In this document: one piece after another, positions 1 through 8,740 of the stretch
How positions within the stretch are numbered: position 1 is the stretch's first letter
How the letters are laid out: the number at the start of each line of letters is the position of its first letter
Virus record (IMG/VR): IMGVR_UViG_3300020397_001205
Coordinates: 1 to 32,703 of that record
Source of the DNA: a virus
Taxonomy: Duplodnaviria; Caudoviricetes
Reading direction: 5' to 3' (one strand)
Length of the DNA: 32,703 nt
Notes under the pieces: model-generated
Databases searched by the model: none
What the model saw: the letters and a program-made list of their open reading frames with translations, nothing else
Told to the model about the DNA's origin: nothing
Made by a program: the position numbers and the translations under genes

Positions 1-2
1 TA

Positions 3-905
3 AAATATGGTGGAAACATTTACATTTGTAACACTGGTCATACTGCCGCGGCCACAAATGCACTTGGACTAGAAACTGACATATTAAAATGGGATCTATT
101 CTCAGAAGGTCAAGATTGGAAAACTAATTGGGCTATAAACACAAGATACAAAGTTAATGACATTGTTAAGTATGGCGGAACACTTTATATTTGTAATACT
201 GGTCATACATCAAATGCTACAGCGGCAAATGGTCTAGAAGCTGATCAAGCCAAGTGGGATTATTTTAACAGAGGTATTGAATACTTAGGTGAATGGGTAA
301 ACAGTTATAGATATAAAGTAAATGATGTTGTACTTTACGGTGCAACACTTTGGATTTGTACAACGCAACATACTTCAGTTGCAACTAATCCTGATTCACA
401 ATTAGGAACATTACAAGCTGATATAACAAAATGGGATAAATTTGTTCCAGGATTAGAATTTGAAAACAGCTGGCAAGGTGATGAAAGATATCAACCAGGT
501 GACTTTGTTACTTACGGTGGTAATCAATATGTTGCTAATCAAAACGTATATGGTGAACTTCCTCCGTCAAGTGATAAATGGGATCTTGTAACTTCTGGAT
601 TTAATTTAAGAGGTGACTGGGGTGCAGACTCTACTAATCAAGAATATAGAATCGGTGATGTTGTAAGACTAGGCGGTTATACTTATGTTGCAACAGCTAA
701 CAGTACAGGACAGCGTCCACCAAACACAACTTATTGGGGAAGATTAAACCAAGGTATTGAATGGAAAGACACATGGACAACTGCAACACTTTATGATGCA
801 GGTGATGCCGTTCGTTACGGTTTGATAAGTTACATTTGTGTGTTAGCACATACTTCGGATACTGCAAAAAGACCAGACAATGATACATCAGGTACATACT
901 GGAAA
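3..905 (+). repeat. About six tandem ~45-55 aa carbohydrate-binding (CBM5/12, ChtBD3-like) repeats
   Basis: Repeated W-x(4-7)-Y-x-x-[GN]D-x-V-x-YG-x-x-x-[YW]-[IV]-[CA]...W units, e.g. WAINTRYKVNDIVKYGGTLYICNTGH, WVNSYRYKVNDVVLYGATLWICTTQH, WQGDERYQPGDFVTYGGNQYVA, WTTATLYDAGDAVRYGLISYICVLAH. Confidence 0.75.
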
Positions 906-3900
906 AACTTGGCATCAGGTGCTGAAGAAAGTTCAATTACTACACAAGGTGATTTATTGTACTATGGTGGTTCAGGACCGACTAGATTACCAATTGGTAA
1001 AGAAGGACAGATATTAAGTGTATCAAGTGGTGGCTTACCAGAATGGAAAGATTTCGGTAGTACTCCAGACGTATACTACGTTGGTACAAATGGTGCCGAC
1101 AATGCTTATCCAACAAATGGAGCAACATTAGATCGTCCTTGGAAAACCATTAGAGCGGCTTGTGAAGCAATTGAGGCCGGAGCAAGAAATCCTAATGCTG
1201 GTTACTTGTTAAAAGTCAACAGAAGATTTATTGCATTTGAAACGGCAAAATGGGCTAAAAGACAAATTATTACACAAACATCTCCATTCTTTATTGGATT
1301 TAGTTTTAATGAAGCAAAGTTTGAAAGACTTGCGGCGTTTGCCATTGATGCTTTAATTATAGATCTTACAAAAGGTGGAAACAGAGAATCACGTAGAGTG
1401 GCACAGGCAATGAAAGACAATGTAAGTGGTGATTACTTTGATACAGGATCCGAAGCACAAAACGTTGCGGCACTTAATTTTGTAATTAGTATTGCTACTG
1501 ACGTAATTAATAGTGCAACTCCGTCAGCAGATTATCAAGACCTTGATAGTGTACCTTCTGCGGATAGATACTTACAAATCAAAGATGCAACTAACTATCC
1601 AGCAGAATCAGGTGCAGTTGCAGAAATTACAGCTAACATGGTGTTAATTACATCAGCTGTTTCACTTGGTGCAGGTTATACTATTCCTGCAGAAGTATTC
1701 AAACATACAATTATTTTTGTAAAAACTGGAGAATATAGAGAAGTACTTCCTATTAGAGTTCCAGAAAGATGTGCGATACAAGGTGACGAATTACGTTCAA
1801 CAAAAGTTCTACCAGCGGGTCAGCAAACACAATCAACTGATACTACATATTCACTTGCTGGAATATTACATATGAAATCAATAATTGATAATATTGTTGA
1901 GGGTGCTTCAGTAACAGCACAGACAGGAAATGCGTTATCTCAAAATGTTTCAAAACCTCTAAGTACATCAGCAGTAGGTGATATTCTTGAAGAACTATGT
2001 CAAGAATTACACGATAAAATTGATTATGAAATAAATGGTGCTTCTGGAGATTCAACAGCACCTACGTTTAGAGGCAATAACACAAGAGTTGATGATTTAG
2101 ATAAAATGTCAGCTATTAGATTGTTAGAACTAAACAAAGATTTTATTGCTAGAGATGTAACAAAATACATTACTGTAAACTATCCTTCATATAGTTTTGA
2201 CTCTACGGCTTGCGAAAGAGATGTAAGAGCCTACATCAATGGATTTATTTACGACTTAATTTATCCAGGAAATTATCAAACACTTTATAATGGTACGTAC
2301 TATGCCAACTCAGCAAGAACAAATGGATCTATCTTAGAAAACATGTTCTTGTTTAGAGATGCGACGGGCTTAAGAAACATGACAGTAAGTGGATTGACAG
2401 GTACATTAAGTTCAGCAAATGCATATGGAACCAAACGTCCAACAGCAGGTGCTTATGCATCGCTTGATCCAGGATGGGGACCAGATGATACCAGAACTTG
2501 GATTACCACACGTTCTCCTTACGTACAAGGTGTAACCACATTTGGTACAGCTTGTGTAGGAATGAAAGTTGATGGAAGTATTCATAATGGTGGTAATGAT
2601 TCTATTGTTGCTAACGACTTTACACAGGTATTAAGTGATGGTATCGGTGCATGGGTAACTAACTTAGGTAGGGCAGAACTTGTATCAGTGTTCTCATACT
2701 ACGGACACATTGGATACCTTGCAGAAAACGGCGGCAAAATTAGAGGCACAAACGGTAACTGTTCATACGGTGACAAAGGTGCTGTATCAGAATTTATAGA
2801 TGTCACAGAAGTTCCAATTACTGGTGGAGTAGATAATAGAAAACGCGAAGCACAAATTGGAAGAGCTTTAACAGACGGTAGTGCTATTATACATTTTGAA
2901 TACACAAATGCAGGTAACAATTACAGTAACTCAACTTATACAGTAACAGGTAATGGATATGGAGCCGCTATTGCAAACGGTAACTATGTAAACAACGGTA
3001 TATTTGAAATTAGATTAAGAAATCCAGACGACGGATCAACTTACAATGAAAATGACTTAGATAATGATGGTTCATTAAATGATCCAGATACAGTGGGTGG
3101 TAGAGGTTATGTGTTTAGTGAAAACACTGCACAAGGCGGTACTGCATCTACAATTACGTTGTCAAATACTGAAACTGCAAATACTACAAAATATATTGGT
3201 ATGAGAGTTGTAATTACAGCAGGTACAGGTGCAGGACAATATGCACAAATCACAAGTTACAATCCAGGAACTAAAGTAGCCAATGTTGCGAAGGAGTCAG
3301 ACGGTACAGCAGGATGGAATACATGGCACCATTCAAATGGTATCGCGGCAACACTTGATGCGACTACAACCTACTCAATTGAACCAAGAGTATACTTCAC
3401 AGGCGGTGGAGGTACAGGTGCTCAAGTAAGAGCTAAAGTGGCTTCAGGCAGAATTGTAAACTTCTTTATTATTAATCCAGGAAGTGGATACACACAAACT
3501 CCAGCTATGACAATAGTGGATCCAAATGAAACTATTGAAGCACCATTCCAAATAAGAATAGGTAACGGAGTTTTAGCACAACCTACTTGGACTAATAGAG
3601 GAACTGACTTTGAAACTGCAGGCGGTACAGTAAGTGGTGACGGGTACGGAGATATTTTCCAATCTGAGAAGTTCTTAAATGTTTATGGATTGACAGATAT
3701 ACCAGAGCCAGGAGCTAACTTAGAAATTGCAGGTGATAGTAGATTCTTTAAAATTGTTTTTGTTAGAGAATTGACAGGTAGTGCAGGAAATTATGCGGCA
3801 AACTTACAAGTTTCACCTAACTTGGGAATTGAACAAGCCCCAATACACGGTGCTAACTTAACTATTAGAAAGCGATTTAGTCAAGTTAGATTAACAGGAC

Positions 3901-4451
3901 ACGATTTCTTAGATATTGGTACAGGTAACTTTGCAAGTACAAACTATCCAGGAACTCCTTCAATACCAGCAGACGCAAATGACGAAGTAACAGAATCCGG
4001 TGGCGGTAGAATATTCTACACATCAACAGACCAAGATGGTAACTTTAGAGTTGGTAGATTGTTTAACGTAGAACAATCAACTGGATCAGCGAGCTTGAAT
4101 ACAAGTGCATTTAGCCTAGCAGGACTGCAAGAACTTTCGCTAGGTGCAGTTGGACTTGGTCAAGGTGGAGCAACTATTAATGAATTTAGTACAGACGGTA
4201 CGTTTAGTGCAAACTCAGATAATGTAGTTCCGACACAGGCGGCTATTATAACTTACATCAATTCACAAATTGGTGGAGGTTCAAGTAGTCTAAACGTAAA
4301 CGCGGTGACGGCTGGTAAGATCAACCTAACCGGTAACACAATCAGTACAACAGATAATTCACCAATTACTGTAAACACAGGAATGAATTTTAATGGTGGT
4401 GTAGCAGGAACACCTGTTGCATTTTCGTACTTTTTGACGAGCAAAACATAA
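3..4451 (+). CDS. Large tail spike/fibre-like virion protein, 5'-truncated; CBM5/12-like repeats, pectin-lyase-like beta-helix, helical 'CxRD' domains
   Basis: The frame of track ORF 822..4451 is open back to position 3 (KYGGNIYICNTGHT...), so the TTG at 822 is not the start. Motifs VYYVGTNGADN..GATLDRPWKTIRAA, IFVKTGEYREVLPIRVP..IQGDELR, RSPYVQGVTTFG, NDFTQVLSDGIG and a C-terminal GHDFLDIGTG..GGRIFYTSTDQDGNFRVG are typical of T4-like phage tail spike proteins. Confidence 0.8.
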   Translation, partial: KYGGNIYICNTGHTAAATNALGLETDILKWDLFSEGQDWKTNWAINTRYKVNDIVKYGGTLYICNTGHTSNATAANGLEADQAKWDYFNRGIEYLGEWVNSYRYKVNDVVLYGATLWICTTQHTSVATNPDSQLGTLQADITKWDKFVPGLEFENSWQGDERYQPGDFVTYGGNQYVANQNVYGELPPSSDKWDLVTSGFNLRGDWGADSTNQEYRIGDVVRLGGYTYVATANSTGQRPPNTTYWGRLNQGIEWKDTWTTATLYDAGDAVRYGLISYICVLAHTSDTAKRPDNDTSGTYWKNLASGAEESSITTQGDLLYYGGSGPTRLPIGKEGQILSVSSGGLPEWKDFGSTPDVYYVGTNGADNAYPTNGATLDRPWKTIRAACEAIEAGARNPNAGYLLKVNRRFIAFETAKWAKRQIITQTSPFFIGFSFNEAKFERLAAFAIDALIIDLTKGGNRESRRVAQAMKDNVSGDYFDTGSEAQNVAALNFVISIATDVINSATPSADYQDLDSVPSADRYLQIKDATNYPAESGAVAEITANMVLITSAVSLGAGYTIPAEVFKHTIIFVKTGEYREVLPIRVPERCAIQGDELRSTKVLPAGQQTQSTDTTYSLAGILHMKSIIDNIVEGASVTAQTGNALSQNVSKPLSTSAVGDILEELCQELHDKIDYEINGASGDSTAPTFRGNNTRVDDLDKMSAIRLLELNKDFIARDVTKYITVNYPSYSFDSTACERDVRAYINGFIYDLIYPGNYQTLYNGTYYANSARTNGSILENMFLFRDATGLRNMTVSGLTGTLSSANAYGTKRPTAGAYASLDPGWGPDDTRTWITTRSPYVQGVTTFGTACVGMKVDGSIHNGGNDSIVANDFTQVLSDGIGAWVTNLGRAELVSVFSYYGHIGYLAENGGKIRGTNGNCSYGDKGAVSEFIDVTEVPITGGVDNRKREAQIGRALTDGSAIIHFEYTNAGNNYSNSTYTVTGNGYGAAIANGNYVNNGIFEIRLRNPDDGSTYNENDLDNDGSLNDPDTVGGRGYVFSENTAQGGTASTITLSNTETANTTKYIGMRVVITAGTGAGQYAQITSYNPGTKVANVAKESDGTAGWNTWHHSNGIAATLDATTTYSIEPRVYFTGGGGTGAQVRAKVASGRIVNFFIINPGSGYTQTPAMTIVDPNETIEAPFQIRIGNGVLAQPTWTNRGTDFETAGGTVSGDGYGDIFQSEKFLNVYGLTDIPEPGANLEIAGDSRFFKIVFVRELTGSAGNYAANLQVSPNLGIEQAPIHGANLTIRKRFSQVRLTGHDFLDIGTGNFASTNYPGTPSIPADANDEVTESGGGRIFYTSTDQDGNFRVGRLFNVEQSTGSASLNTSAFSLAGLQELSLGAVGLGQGGATINEFSTDGTFSANSDNVVPTQAAIITYINSQIGGGSSSLNVNAVTAGKINLTGNTISTTDNSPITVNTGMNFNGGVAGTPVAFSYFLTSKT

Positions 4452-4455
4452 TGGC

Positions 4456-4461
4456 TAAATA
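4456..4461 (+). promoter_or_regulatory. T4-like late promoter core (TAAATA)
   Basis: GCTAAATA in a short intergenic gap, followed by AGGAG (4469-4473) and ATG at 4480; the same core recurs before other units. Confidence 0.6.
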
Positions 4462-4479
4462 TAACTATAGGAGTGAAAA

Positions 4480-4806
4480 ATGGCATCAGGAATATTAGGA
4501 TCAACAGATCTTTCAGCAAACAGCGATACCAGTGTTTATACAGTTCCTGCTAGTACTTATAGTGTTGTAACAGTTTCTGTATGTAATAGGCATGCGACTA
4601 ATACAGCAAGTGTAAGAATAGCATGTGCTACTAGTGGAACACCAGGTTCGGCTGATTACCTTGAGTACGACGTTTCCGTTGGACCCAATGGTGTGTTAGA
4701 AAGAACAGGTATTGTCGTGGAAGCGGCAAGGCAGGTAATTGTTAGATCATCCCAAGCATCTGTAACAGCAGTTGTGATGGGCATTGAGACAGCAGTACCG
4801 GCGTAA
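4480..4806 (+). CDS. Small virion/tail-associated beta-sandwich protein
   Basis: AGGAG RBS; MASGILGSTDLSAN..VYTVPAS..VSVCNR..YLEYDV..NGVLERTGIV pattern, as in small proteins that follow tail fibres in large phages. Confidence 0.6.
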   Translation: MASGILGSTDLSANSDTSVYTVPASTYSVVTVSVCNRHATNTASVRIACATSGTPGSADYLEYDVSVGPNGVLERTGIVVEAARQVIVRSSQASVTAVVMGIETAVPA

Positions 4807-4824
4807 TATAAAGGATAGGAAAAA

Positions 4825-5280
4825 ATGGGAAGAAGAATTTCAGTAGGTTCACCAGGTTTAACTATACCTTATGGGACAACAGCACAAAGAGTTGCTGGAG
4901 CAGGTGATGGAGCACTAAGGTACAACACAGAAGTAAATGTGTTAGAACTTTATAGTACTGCACAAAGCGCCTGGTTACCAGTTGGTACTTTAAGTGCTAA
5001 AACAGTTACTACCACATACTCAGCTAATTCAGGAGAACAATTATTCTGTGATACTAATGGCGGAGGATTTACTATAACACTACCAGGTAGTCCAGCTACA
5101 GGTGATGTGATAAGATTTTACGATTTACGTAAAACTTTTGATAGTAATGCCTTAACTATTGGCAGAAACGGCAAACTTATCCAAGGCGATGCGGCTAATA
5201 TGACTGTTAACTCAGAAGGTGCGGCGTTTGACTTGGTTTATTCAGGTGATTCATACGGTTGGCGTATCTTTACTGTATAA
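4825..5280 (+). CDS. Tail fibre-associated protein with a gp34 N-terminal-like repeat domain
   Basis: GTTAQR..GALRYNT..W motif, then DTNGGGFTITLPGSPATGDVIRFYD..LTIGRNG..LVY..GW, which resembles the T4 proximal long tail fibre repeat. Confidence 0.65.
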   Translation: MGRRISVGSPGLTIPYGTTAQRVAGAGDGALRYNTEVNVLELYSTAQSAWLPVGTLSAKTVTTTYSANSGEQLFCDTNGGGFTITLPGSPATGDVIRFYDLRKTFDSNALTIGRNGKLIQGDAANMTVNSEGAAFDLVYSGDSYGWRIFTV

Positions 5281-5301
5281 TATTGTTGGAGAAGGAACCA
5301 A

Positions 5302-6141
5302 ATGGCAACATATTCAAGTTATAAAAAAGTGACATCAGATGCTATTCCGACTGATACCATAACGGCGGCAAAGTTGGCTCCGGGTGCAGGATCGTGTAGA
5401 AGAGTCCAATGGATATATCATCCAAGAGGAATGCAATGTCATGATTGTTCATCTGCAGGTAACTGTTGTGGTCAAGCATGTGGATATTGTTGTTACTGGT
5501 GTGTTCCAGCAAACGTTTATAAAGTAACCTTTGAAATTTGGTCCGGTGGAGGTGGTTCAGCAGGTCACACTTGTTGTAACTGTTGTTCATTTTCAATTGG
5601 CGGACATGGCGGCGGATATGCCCACAAGACAATCAATACACAACCAAACTGTAAGTATACGGTATGTGCAGGCGGAAGCTGGCCATGTGATAAAGCACAC
5701 ACCTGTGCAGGTGGAATGGGATGCCGTTCTTATGTAAACGGACACAATCTATCAAACTTCTGTGTTGTAGGTGGTTGTTCGGGTTGGATGTGTAATGGAG
5801 ATGCATGGGGTCAAAGGCACTTAACAAGTCTTTGTGCATCATGTTTAATATGCGGTGTGTTTGGACACGATTTTGGATTTGGTGGTTCACCAGGATTTAA
5901 AGCTGGAACTACTATCTGTAGATGTCACGGTCAAACATCATGGACTGGGACAGGTGCAGGCATTGGTAAATATATGCAAACAAGCACTAACGAAGCTTGG
6001 TGCGCCTGTGGATGTCACGTTAATTTTCCATCAGGAGGTGGTACACCGGGTACTTCAAGTTATTGTGGAAATTGGGCAAAGTGTTGTGCTGGGGGATCAG
6101 GACAGGGCGGCTCAGGAATAGTAAAGATAACATACGTTTAG
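5302..6141 (+). CDS. Cys/Gly-rich tail-associated protein, paralog 1 (32 Cys in 279 aa)
   Basis: WCVPANV.KVTFEIWSGGGG..GGHGGGY..YTVCAGG..GGSGIVKITY glycine-rich (adhesin-like) scaffold with CC, CxC and CxxC motifs; Cys counted by hand. Confidence 0.75.
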   Translation: MATYSSYKKVTSDAIPTDTITAAKLAPGAGSCRRVQWIYHPRGMQCHDCSSAGNCCGQACGYCCYWCVPANVYKVTFEIWSGGGGSAGHTCCNCCSFSIGGHGGGYAHKTINTQPNCKYTVCAGGSWPCDKAHTCAGGMGCRSYVNGHNLSNFCVVGGCSGWMCNGDAWGQRHLTSLCASCLICGVFGHDFGFGGSPGFKAGTTICRCHGQTSWTGTGAGIGKYMQTSTNEAWCACGCHVNFPSGGGTPGTSSYCGNWAKCCAGGSGQGGSGIVKITYV

Positions 6142-7021
6142 GAGTAATAGATGGCAACATACGCAAGTTATAAAACACTAACATCAGAAAACTTTATTGA
6201 TGGAAGTATTACTGCGTCTAAGTTAGGTGCTGGTGCCGGACATCAGTATTACACCAAATGGATTTATAATGAAAGAGGACAACTATGTCAGCATTGTGCT
6301 GATGCAGGCGACTGTTGTCAACAAGCAAATGGTAAATGTTGTTACTGGGTTGTACCTTCAAATGTAAACAAAGTAACATTTGAAATTTGGTCAGGAGGTG
6401 GAGCCGGAGCAGGCGCTACATGCTGTAACAACTGTATGCACTCAGCAGGTGGATCAGGTGGAAACTACGCTGTAAAAACTATCACTACATCATCCGGTTG
6501 CGGATATACAGTATGTGCAGGTGGAACATGGCCTTGTAGTAAATCACATACTTGTTCAGCAGGTATGGGATGTCGTTCATATGTAAATGGACATAATCTA
6601 TCAAATTTTTGTGTAACTGGTGGTTGCCCTGGTTGGATGTGTAACGGCGGTGCATGGGGACCTAATCATACACAGACCTGTGCCAACTGTAATATTTGTG
6701 GTATATTTGGAGCAGATTTTGGAATAATGGGATCAACTGGAGTAACAGGTGGTCATGGAGGATGTCAATGTAGATCAGCAGACTGGATGCAAACTGGTGT
6801 TGCACCGTTTGTAGGAAAACAAGGTGTACACGCACACGCAGAAGCATGGTGCGGTTGTGCATGTTATACAAACTGGCCAGCTGGTGGTGGAATGACAGGA
6901 ACAAGTTCATATTGTAATAACTGGGCAAAATGCTGTGCTGGTGGTAATATGGGTGGTTCTGGAATAGTAAAGATAACATACGCATAGGAAAATAGAATGG
7001 CAACATACGCAAGTTATAAAA
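6115..7021 (+). repeat. Direct repeat of the gene junction, copies at 6115-6175 and 6961-7021 (846-bp period)
   Basis: Identical 22-mer ggaatagtaaagataacatacg and identical 25-mer atggcaacatacgcaagttataaaa at the same spacing in both copies. Confidence 0.85.
6151..6987 (+). CDS. Cys/Gly-rich tail-associated protein, paralog 2 (28 Cys in 278 aa)
   Basis: Colinear with paralogs 1 and 3; the AGGAG RBS overlaps the upstream TAG. Confidence 0.75.
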   Translation: MATYASYKTLTSENFIDGSITASKLGAGAGHQYYTKWIYNERGQLCQHCADAGDCCQQANGKCCYWVVPSNVNKVTFEIWSGGGAGAGATCCNNCMHSAGGSGGNYAVKTITTSSGCGYTVCAGGTWPCSKSHTCSAGMGCRSYVNGHNLSNFCVTGGCPGWMCNGGAWGPNHTQTCANCNICGIFGADFGIMGSTGVTGGHGGCQCRSADWMQTGVAPFVGKQGVHAHAEAWCGCACYTNWPAGGGMTGTSSYCNNWAKCCAGGNMGGSGIVKITYA

Positions 7022-7833
7022 AAGTAGCAACAGACTCAATAGTTGACGGTTCGCTTACTTCCGATGATCTGGCACCTGGTGCTGGTCATGCCATGGGTGT
7101 ACAATGGATCTATAACGAAAGAGGAATGCAATGTCATAACTGTGCTAGACAGAGTGGTTGTTGTCAACAGGCAAATGGTAAATGTTGTTACTGGTGTGTT
7201 CCAACAGGTGTATCAACAGTACAATTTGAAATTTGGTCTGGTGGCGGCGGTGGACCAGGAATGACTTGCTGTAATTGTTGTTCTTTTACCGTAGGCGGTT
7301 CTGGTGGTAACTATGCTTCTAAGACGATTAGTACTGCACCAGGCTGTAAATATTCAGTATGTGCTGGCGGGGCATGGCCATGTGGAAAAGCTCATGGTTG
7401 TTCAGCTAGTATGGGTTGTAAATCATATGTAAATGGATATAATTTAAGCAACTTCTGTACTACAGGTGGCTGTGGTGGTTGGATGTGTAATGGAGATGCT
7501 TGGGGACCAAGACACTCACATTCATGTTCAAACTGTAATATCTGTGGAATCTTCGGTGCTGACTTTGGAATGATGGGATCATCAGGATGGGAACCAGGAC
7601 ACGGTGGATGCCATTGTTGGTTTACGTATTCAGGATCAGGATCTGCACCACAATTTGGTAGAATGCAAGTTGGTGTAACCAACGAAGCATGGTGTTCATG
7701 TGGATGTCATATTGACTGGCCAGCAGGCGGTGGACAAGCGGGTGTTAGTTCATACTGCGGAAACTGGGCAAAATGTTGTGCAGGAGGCTCTGGACAGGGC
7801 GGTTCCGGAGTTGTTAGAATAACTTTTATGTAA
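6997..7833 (+). CDS. Cys/Gly-rich tail-associated protein, paralog 3 (30 Cys in 278 aa)
   Basis: Colinear with paralogs 1 and 2 (MATYxSYK start, SYVNGxNLSNFC, SSYCxNWAKCCAGG). Confidence 0.75.
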   Translation: MATYASYKKVATDSIVDGSLTSDDLAPGAGHAMGVQWIYNERGMQCHNCARQSGCCQQANGKCCYWCVPTGVSTVQFEIWSGGGGGPGMTCCNCCSFTVGGSGGNYASKTISTAPGCKYSVCAGGAWPCGKAHGCSASMGCKSYVNGYNLSNFCTTGGCGGWMCNGDAWGPRHSHSCSNCNICGIFGADFGMMGSSGWEPGHGGCHCWFTYSGSGSAPQFGRMQVGVTNEAWCSCGCHIDWPAGGGQAGVSSYCGNWAKCCAGGSGQGGSGVVRITFM

Positions 7834-7839
7834 AGATGA

Positions 7840-7845
7840 TAAATA
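7840..7845 (+). promoter_or_regulatory. T4-like late promoter core (TAAATA)
   Basis: GATAAATA, then AGGAG (7851-7855) and ATG at 7866. Confidence 0.65.
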
Positions 7846-7865
7846 CTTATAGGAGCATATAAGCA

Positions 7866-8657
7866 ATGAGCAGAAGAATAGAAAAACAATTTACATATCC
7901 TGTTTGGGATAAGTGGAGAGAAAATAGCTTTACCGAAGGGCGTACTGCTACACATACATATAAAGGTCCAGAATTTTTGACTTTTGAAATATGTCATGAT
8001 AAGAATTCAGATGATTATGGAAAAGAATGTGGATGGTGCATGTGGGAAAAAAGAGATCTTGAAAGACCCGCAGGTAAAGATATTACAAGAATTACAGTAG
8101 ATTGTAAAGAAAATCCATTGCTTTGCGAAATTGCAAACGACGAAGGTCGTGAAGACATGGTTGCAATGCGTAGAGGTAGAGAGTGGAAAGTTCTTTGGGA
8201 CGCTCCAGACGGTTTTCAAGACGTAGAATACACAGATGAATTAGAACCTCGTGACGTATATGATGAACAAAATATTACATACGATTTTGATAAAAAAGAG
8301 TTTGTAATTGGTATACACGATTGGGAAGCTACAGGAGTCAAAAAAGACTTAACTTGGGCACAAGTAAGAGACGTAAGAGATGCGGCATTGCATGAAACTG
8401 ATGCTAAAGTGGGCATGGATGATGCACCAGCTGAAATTATTGATGGCTGGAAAGGTTATAGACAAAACCTAAGAGATTTACCAAGTGCTATGCAGGCAAA
8501 AGGTTACGAGCCGTGGCAAGTTGTACAAATGTTTCCAGTCATGCCTAAGGATATGAGAGATCCTGAAGAATCTTCAGATCCAAATGATCCATACAGAGAC
8601 GGTGCATTTGCTGTAGACGTTGCCGTTGCCGCACAAAAAGTCGCAGGCAAAAAGTAA
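7866..8657 (+). CDS. Protein with a C-terminal phage tail assembly chaperone domain
   Basis: TWAQVRDVRDAALHETD..DAP..WKGYRQNLRDLP..FP matches the Phage_tail_APC/Tfa-like pattern; the gene lies directly after the Cys-rich genes. Confidence 0.75.
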   Translation: MSRRIEKQFTYPVWDKWRENSFTEGRTATHTYKGPEFLTFEICHDKNSDDYGKECGWCMWEKRDLERPAGKDITRITVDCKENPLLCEIANDEGREDMVAMRRGREWKVLWDAPDGFQDVEYTDELEPRDVYDEQNITYDFDKKEFVIGIHDWEATGVKKDLTWAQVRDVRDAALHETDAKVGMDDAPAEIIDGWKGYRQNLRDLPSAMQAKGYEPWQVVQMFPVMPKDMRDPEESSDPNDPYRDGAFAVDVAVAAQKVAGKK

Positions 8658-8712
8658 ATTACCCTACAATTTAGATAAGCCAGTATTACACATCACCCTG
8701 ACTAATACTCCA

Positions 8713-8718
8713 TAAATA
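8713..8718 (+). promoter_or_regulatory. T4-like late promoter core (TAAATA) heading the enzyme operon
   Basis: CATAAATA, then AGGAG (8729-8733) and GTG at 8741. Confidence 0.65.
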
Positions 8719-8740
8719 TTTGCATATTAGGAGTGTTATT

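Noticed and set aside
5302-7833. Diversity-generating retroelement template/variable repeats among the paralogs
   Set aside because: No reverse transcriptase in the window; differences are not adenine-specific and all three copies are intact full-length genes.
5302-7833. Metallothionein, RiPP precursor, c-type cytochrome or selenoprotein interpretation of the Cys-rich genes
   Set aside because: They are too long and have a Gly-rich folded scaffold; there is no leader/core layout, no CxxCH motif, no signal peptide and no in-frame TGA.
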